From NCBI GenBank assembly GCA_000004695.1, contig CM000154.2, positions 3,840,001-3,904,000 of the forward strand: a stretch of 64,000 nt of DNA, given 5' to 3'. Positions 57,560 to 64,000 of the stretch are shown here, piece by piece. This stretch comes from Dictyostelium discoideum (Eukaryota). The position numbers were made by a program, and so were the translations under genes. Positions within the stretch are counted from its first letter, which is position 1. Each line of letters begins with the position of its first letter. The notes under the pieces were generated by a model. That model was not told where the DNA came from and did not search any database. It saw nothing but the letters and a program-made list of their open reading frames with translations.

Positions 57560-59256
57560 TTACCAAGCCAAGAATACAAGATTATTTTCTTTAATTGAAA
57601 TTTGGGAAATATGGTTCAGTAGTTTTATTGAAATTTAAGAATGGATTTGGTAAAACCATATCACCACCTTTGTTACCACCAAGACATTGAATACATGATG
57701 GTACTGTTCCATTGAGTTGGTTATAGTTTAAATATAATAATTTTTTCTTCAATATGATTCGGGAATATCACCCACAACCTTTTTTAAAAAAATAAATAAA
57801 AAATTTCAATGTGTTAAATTAAATTACATTTTTAAAATAAAATATAGTTAATCATCTTTACTTACGACAGACTGGTATATGTAAATTCCAGTGAGTAATG
57901 GTGAGTTATCAATATTTGGTAAATATTGTTCATACTCATTATTTTCATCATAATAATAAGCAAGGTTTGAGAAATCAATACATTCATATTTTAATTGTTG
58001 AATATTGAACTTTTATCAAAATGTCTTAATTTTTTTTAAAAAATTTAAATTGTTGTTATAAAGGTAAATTTTTTTAAATTTTTTTTTGTAAGAATATTAC
58101 TACCTACATTTCTAAATAATTTTTAGACCTAATGTATGAAAGATCAATAATACCAACTGATTGGTCAATAATTGCACCTGAACCATAAATATATAAAAAA
58201 TCAATTACTGGAACATTTGATAAGAATGAATGAATTGAAAATTCTTGAGGATTATCACTATCAGTAAATTCAATACTTAAACCTTTTAAATTTTTAAAAA
58301 CCACATTGTTTGAAATGGAAAAGTTGTGTTTTTTTAAAAAGCAATAATATAATATTACCCAAATTTCAAAATTGATGAAAACTATAAAAATTTAGTAGCA
58401 ACTGATGGAATTGAAAAATTAATAATTACTGGTACTAATTTAGGTTGGTATGGAAATGATTTAACACCAATTATCGCAAATTCAAAATTAGGTATTACCA
58501 TTCCAAAGGGTGTTGTTACAAATAAGAGTATTACTGTAACTTTCCAAAATGGTGAACAAAGAACATTTAATTATAGTTACGTTCTTCCTTTCATTAAATC
58601 TTATAGTTTTTTAGAATTAAACGGTCATAAATATTTCACAATAAATGGTACTGGTTTCGATTTTGAGAATTCTAATAACATCACTATTAATGGTCAACAA
58701 ATTACATTTTATAATGCAATGGGAGGAGGTGATAATGATGGTATGGTATTATTACCTATTAATAATTTACCAAGTTTTGATAGTGAGACAATCCACGTTT
58801 GTAGGTGGTCAAAGTTCAAATGAAGTTACATTTTATTATTTCAACTCAATCAATATTACTGAAGAGAATTTAGTTTTAAATAATACAGGTGGTTCAGTAG
58901 ATGTTAATGGTTCATTTGGTACTAATAATATATCATTAGTTTCTGTCTCAATCAATGGTACCAATTGTATAGTTACATCATACACAAACTCAAAATTAAC
59001 AATTACATATCCATCGAATCATGTTGGAGATAATTATGTTTTAACTTTGAATGTTGGTGGTTATGCAGTTAATCTTGTTGTTGAATACATTGAAGGCGGT
59101 GAAACTCCAACACCATCAACAACACCATCAACAACACCATCAACAACTCCAAGTTCAACTCAATCACCTGGCGATGATGGATCAACATCTTCAACATTAT
59201 CAATTTCATTTTATTTAATTACTTTGTTATTATTAACACAACAATTTATTCAATAA
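57560..59256. pseudogene. Rearranged partial duplicate of the downstream LRR-TIG gene: inverted segment (gene exon 2 end, exon 3 and start of exon 4) at ~57560-58322 joined to direct copy of the rest of exon 4 at 58338-59256
   Basis: The minus-strand ORF 58104-58304 '[31 protein letters not shown]...' matches 61890-62080. The minus strand of 57850-58030 matches exon 3 and of 57560-57780 matches the exon 4 start ('VVGDIPESY...[17 protein letters not shown]'). Plus-strand 58355-59256 matches 62690-63576, including the [10 protein letters not shown] linker and hydrophobic C-terminus. Confidence 0.65.
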
Positions 59257-60640
59257 TCAAAAATAAATTTTCTTAATTTATAAAAACCTATTTTTTTATT
59301 ATTTTTTTTAAATCTCTAAATATCTTTTTTTATTTTTTTTAATATATTATTATTTTTGCATAATGTCCCATGCCAATTTCATCACATTAATTTAAGAAGC
59401 TTATTAATTTATTAATTTGAGCATACACCTATTTTTAGTCATTGTCACTTATTAATGCTATTACTATTACTATCCTTTCCAATTGGTGTTATCATCTTCT
59501 TACTCTTATTTAGTAACTGATTCAGGTTTGAAAATTATTAAAATAGAGTTTTTGAAGCCAAATCATCTGTTGTTGGTGTTGTTGATGTTCTGTACCTGTT
59601 GATTTTGTTGCTTTTGTTGCTTTTGTTGGTTTTATTGCTTTTGTTGCTGTTGTTGCTGTTTTTGTTGCTGTTTTTTGATTTGATTGTGTTAATCTGAAAC
59701 AGAATCAACATGTTGAGTCGACAACAGAATCATTTGATCATCAACAACAAATGGGTATTTATCTGGTTGTGTTCCTGAAGTTGTTCCTGTGGTTGTTGTT
59801 GATACGATAACTACCTACTAATAATGATTGAAATTCACCATCAATATTGGTGATTGTTGAAAACCTGTATTGAAATAAGTTCTATAAATTGGTTGTGAAT
59901 GTTAAACAATATTTACCATCGACAAGTAGATTATCTGTTTGTTACTAGAATAGATCCTATTGGAGTTGTTGTTGTTGCTATGACGGTAAAATAATCACCT
60001 GCTAATAAATTATCAAAGATATAGTAGCATCAGAGTCTGTTGTTGTTTGAGTTACACTTCCATTTGAATCTTGAAGTAGTGATAATTGGACACATGGAAA
60101 GAATTGATTATCTTCTCTCTTTCCATCGCTATTCTTATAAACACGATACTGATACGATATCATTGAGTGGAACTAAACCAATATTGATTGTGTTAATTTG
60201 AAACAGTATTCGCATGTTAACTAATCTTAAATTACAATTGATATTGGTCTGTATTGCTAATAAATGATTGAAATTGTATTCACAATCAACACCTGTTTTA
60301 ACTGAAGCTGTTATAACTCATATTGCTTACACCATCGAAGCTGCCCGTGGACATATTGATATCATCAACAAACTCATAGTCCAACTAAAATTATGGGAAG
60401 CATCGTTACTAAATCTTTCAAATGGTTTGGAATTATCTTCCATCCATTTATCAAATCTACTGGGTATCAGCTTGTGATGTTTTAAGGTATTTGATAGATC
60501 AGCTATATCCAATACTCTTTTTCCTCACCCAAACTCATTATATTATATTATTTATGGTGAATGGGTTTGTAGTAAAATAACAATGAAAAAAAAAAAAAAA
60601 AAATAAATAAATAAATAAAATTTGCAGCGCCACACAAAAA

Positions 60641-60688
<48 letters not shown>

Positions 60689-61076
60689 GTGTAAATTTAA
60701 AGAGGGTTGGAGTATGATTGATTAAAATAAAAAAATAAATAAAAAAAAAAAAAAAATTTTATTACTTTTTCAAGGAAAGGGGCGATGAGATTTGAAAAAA
60801 AAAAAAAACCCGATTTCTCCAAAAAAAAAAATTATTTTAAATTTAAATTTTTTTTTTCTAAATACTTTCATACTTTTTGGCTTGATCAGTTTTATTTGAA
60901 AATTAATTTTTTTTTTTTTTTTTTTTTTATTTATAATTTTTTTTTTTATAAAATTAAAAAAAGTTTTTTTAGATAATTTTTTTTAAATTTATTACAGGGT
61001 AAAATCTTTTTTTTTTTATTTTAATTTTTTTATATCATTTTTTCATTATTTTATTATTATTTAAAAATAAAAAAAA

Positions 61077-61431
61077 ATGAAAATTATTTTAATATTATCA
61101 ATTTTTTTAATATGTTTTTTACAACTTGGACAATCAGTTATTGATCCATCTCAAAATGAGGTCATGTCAGATTTACTATTTAATTTGTACGGTTATGATA
61201 AGAGTCTAGATCCATGTAACAATAATTATGTTGAGTGTGAATATATCAATACAACAAGTACCATTCAAACTGTTAAATCTTTGTCTTTAGGTGCTCCCTT
61301 ACATCAATATGTAATCACTCAAGATTTAACTCCACTCCAAAATTTAACCAGTTTTGAAGTAAATGAAAAAATTTATTTAACTTCATCCTTTTTTAATTAT
61401 ATTAATAAATTCTCTCAACTTGAAAGAATGT

Positions 61432-61527
<96 letters not shown>

Positions 61528-63576
61528 TTAATAATTTAAATAATAGAGTTACATATTCTCTTAATCTAACAATTCCAGATGATACAATTTTCCCAGCAAT
61601 TTTTGAAACATTTACTATTTATAAACCTTCAGTTCCATTAAGTAAAGTAATTTTTGAATCACCTATTAAAAACTTATATGTTGATTCCCCTTTAACTGGT
61701 TACAGTATTCCAACTTTAGTAAATGTCAATCCATATCTTGGAAACCTTCAACTTCCAGTAACTTACTATTCAGGTTTTCCTTCAAATTTGTCTCAAGCAT
61801 TCCCAAATTTACAATATTTAGCCATCTATGTAAATAATGATATGAATCAAAATAATTACCACAACTTTTCCATTTCAAACATTGGAGTTTTTAAAAATTT
61901 AAAAGGTTTGGATATTGAATTTACTGATAGTGATAATCCTCAAGAGTTTTCAATTCATTCATTCTTATCAAATGTTCCAATAATTGATAATTTATATATT
62001 TATGGTCAAGGTGTAACTATTGACCCATCAGTTGGTATTATTGATCTTTCATACATTAATCCTAAAACTTTTTTAAAAATGTAGGTAATAATTAATATAC
62101 TTACAAAAAAAAAAAAAAAATACCTTTAACAACAATTTAAATTTTTTAAAAATAAAATTAGACAAATTCAACAAACTTCATTATTAAACAATTGTAAAGG
62201 CATTATTTTAAAATCACCAAAAAAAGCTTCTTTCAATTCTTACTATAATACATTTTCATATGAATGTATTGATTTCTCAAACATTGCTGATTTTTCTGAT
62301 TATTATAATGATTATGAACAATATTTACCAAATATTGATAATGCTCCATTACTCACTGGAGTTGACATATATCAGTCTGTTGTAAGTTTATCTTTACTTA
62401 GGTTATAATTAATTTTAAATTTATTTTATTATAAAAAAAATGTAGTTTAATTTAACACTTTTAAATTTTTTTTTTTAATTTTTTAAAAAGGTTGTAGGTG
62501 ATATTCCTGAATCATATTGTAGAATAAATTATTTGTCTCTATACTATAACCAACTCAATGGAACAGTACCATCATGTATTCAATGTCTTGGTGGTGTCAA
62601 AGGTGGTGACATAGTATTACCAAATCCATTTTTAAATTTCAATAAAACTACTGAACCATATTGCCCAACTTTCAAAATTGATGAAAATTATACACACTTA
62701 GTAGCAACTGATGGAACTGAAAAATTAATAATTACTGGTACTAATTTAGGTTGGGATGGAAATGATATAACACCAATTATCGCAAATTCAAAATTAGGTA
62801 TTACCATTCCAAAGGGTGTTGGTACAAATAAGAGCATTACTGTAACTTTCCAAAATGGTGAACAAAGAACATTTAATTATAGTTACGTTCCTCCTTTTAT
62901 TAAATCATATGGTTTTTTGGAATTAGACGGTCATAAATATTTCACAATAAATGGTACTGGTTTCGATTTTGTGGATTCAAATAACATCACTATTAATGAT
63001 CAACAAATTACATTTGATAATGCAATGGGAGGAGGTGATAATGATGGTTTGATAATATTCCCTATTGATGAATTACCAAATTTTGCTACTGAGAGTAAAT
63101 TTACAGTATCTGCACTTGTAGGAGGTCAAAGTTCAAATGAAGTTACATTTTATTATTTCAACTCAATCAATATTACTGAAGAGAAATTAGTTTTAAATAA
63201 TACAGGTGGTTCAGTAGATATTAATGGTTCATTTGGTACTAATAATACATCATTAGTTTCAGTCTCAATCAATGGTACCAATTGTTTAGTTACATCATAC
63301 ACAAACTCAAAATTAACAATTACATATCCATCAAATCAAGTTGGAGATAATTATGTTTTAACTTTGAATGTTGGTGGTTATGCAGTTAATCTTGTTGTTG
63401 AATACATTGAAGGCGGTGAAACTCCAACACCATCAACAACACCATCAACAACACCATCAACAACTCCAAGTTCAACACCAACCCAATCACCTGATGATGA
63501 TGGATCAACATCTTCAACACTATCAACATCTTTTTATTTGATTACCTTGTTATTTTTAATTCAACAATTTATTTAA
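61077..63576 (+). CDS. Secreted/GPI-anchored-type surface protein with signal peptide, plant-like LRR segment, IPT/TIG domain, Thr/Pro-rich linker and hydrophobic C-terminus; 4 exons: 61077-61429, 61547-62080, 62162-62381, 62491-63576
   Basis: Signal '[20 protein letters not shown]'. LRR-like '[31 protein letters not shown]'. TIG-like '[57 protein letters not shown]' and '[10 protein letters not shown]'. The '(TPSTTPS)n' linker and '[17 protein letters not shown]' are GPI-signal-like. Donors are GTAAGT/GTAGGT and phases are consistent. Confidence 0.75.
61436..61523 (+). repeat. 88-nt uninterrupted poly(A) tract inside intron 1 of the LRR-TIG gene, starting 6 nt after the donor
   Basis: Seen directly: gtaagt followed by ~88 a. 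Confidence 0.95.
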
Positions 63577-64000
63577 AATGTGATTTTAAGTGTAATAAAA
63601 GGAAATTATCATTATTTCAAACAAAAGCCAAATCAATTAATTTATTTTATGTAAGCCTTATAATTTTAATGGTAGTTTATAAACAGTTTTAACATCTTTA
63701 TTTTTTATAATTTTTTTTAGTTGTTGAATTATATACATATTATGATGACTTGATTATGTACTATTATTATTATTTCTAGTTAATGGGTTACTTTTACCTT
63801 TTATTTAAAATACCACTTTTAGTTTTTGCTAAAATATCACTATTACAACTACTACTAATTTGATTATTAATTAAAAATAAAAGTACTAATTTACACAAAG
63901 TTCAATTGGATCTAATGATTTCGATAGATGATTTAAATTTACAAGATAACACATTTCCATTGGTTATCAATTATATTTTATAATTGTAAATAGAACTTGT

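Overview
The window is AT-rich (~75-80% A+T) eukaryotic nuclear DNA with all the hallmarks of a Dictyostelium-type social-amoeba genome: long A/T homopolymers, (AAT)n, (CAA)n and (TCA)n coding microsatellites giving poly-Asn, poly-Gln and poly-Ser, and short AT-rich introns with GTAAGT/GTATGT donors and TTTAG/ATAG acceptors. It is not prokaryotic. There is no CRISPR array, operon or bacterial defence system to report.

From motifs and hand-checked splice phases I can support about 20 protein-coding genes, most with one to five short introns:
- a CPA2/Kha1-type K+/H+ antiporter
- an Asn-rich ankyrin-like protein that spans a 97-nt assembly gap
- an RMI2-like OB-fold protein
- a six-exon EFR3 homologue
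- a NUDT19-like Nudix hydrolase
- DGAT2
- RNase P subunit Rpp21/Rpr2
- a 1129-aa Ser/Thr/Asn-rich type-I surface protein
- a tandem array of three EGF+TIG type-I membrane protein genes (two intact, one pseudogene)
- a RING/B-box/coiled-coil (TRIM-like) protein fused to a RasGEF domain
- a synaptobrevin R-SNARE
- an SCP/NIF-type CTD phosphatase
- a very large Pmp-repeat/beta-helix protein with about 8 C-terminal TM helices
- a signal-peptide/TM/poly-Q membrane protein
- an MGST3-like MAPEG protein
- a cytochrome P450
- an LRR+TIG protein with a GPI-anchor-like C-terminus.

There is also one elongator tRNA-Met(CAU) with a downstream external B box.

The most interesting structure is in cell-surface gene families that show birth-and-death dynamics:
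- the EGF/TIG tandem array contains a recent intragenic module duplication and a decaying third copy;
- a rearranged, partly inverted pseudo-copy of the LRR-TIG gene lies 2 kb upstream of its parent;
- a partial DGAT2 3'-end duplication abuts a roughly 240-bp foldback/MITE-like element with ~44-bp terminal inverted repeats and a central 17-bp hairpin.

Two further odd non-genic segments are a TG1-3-like G/T-rich tract and a 1.2-kb ORF-poor segment with higher GC content and an internal degenerate direct repeat.
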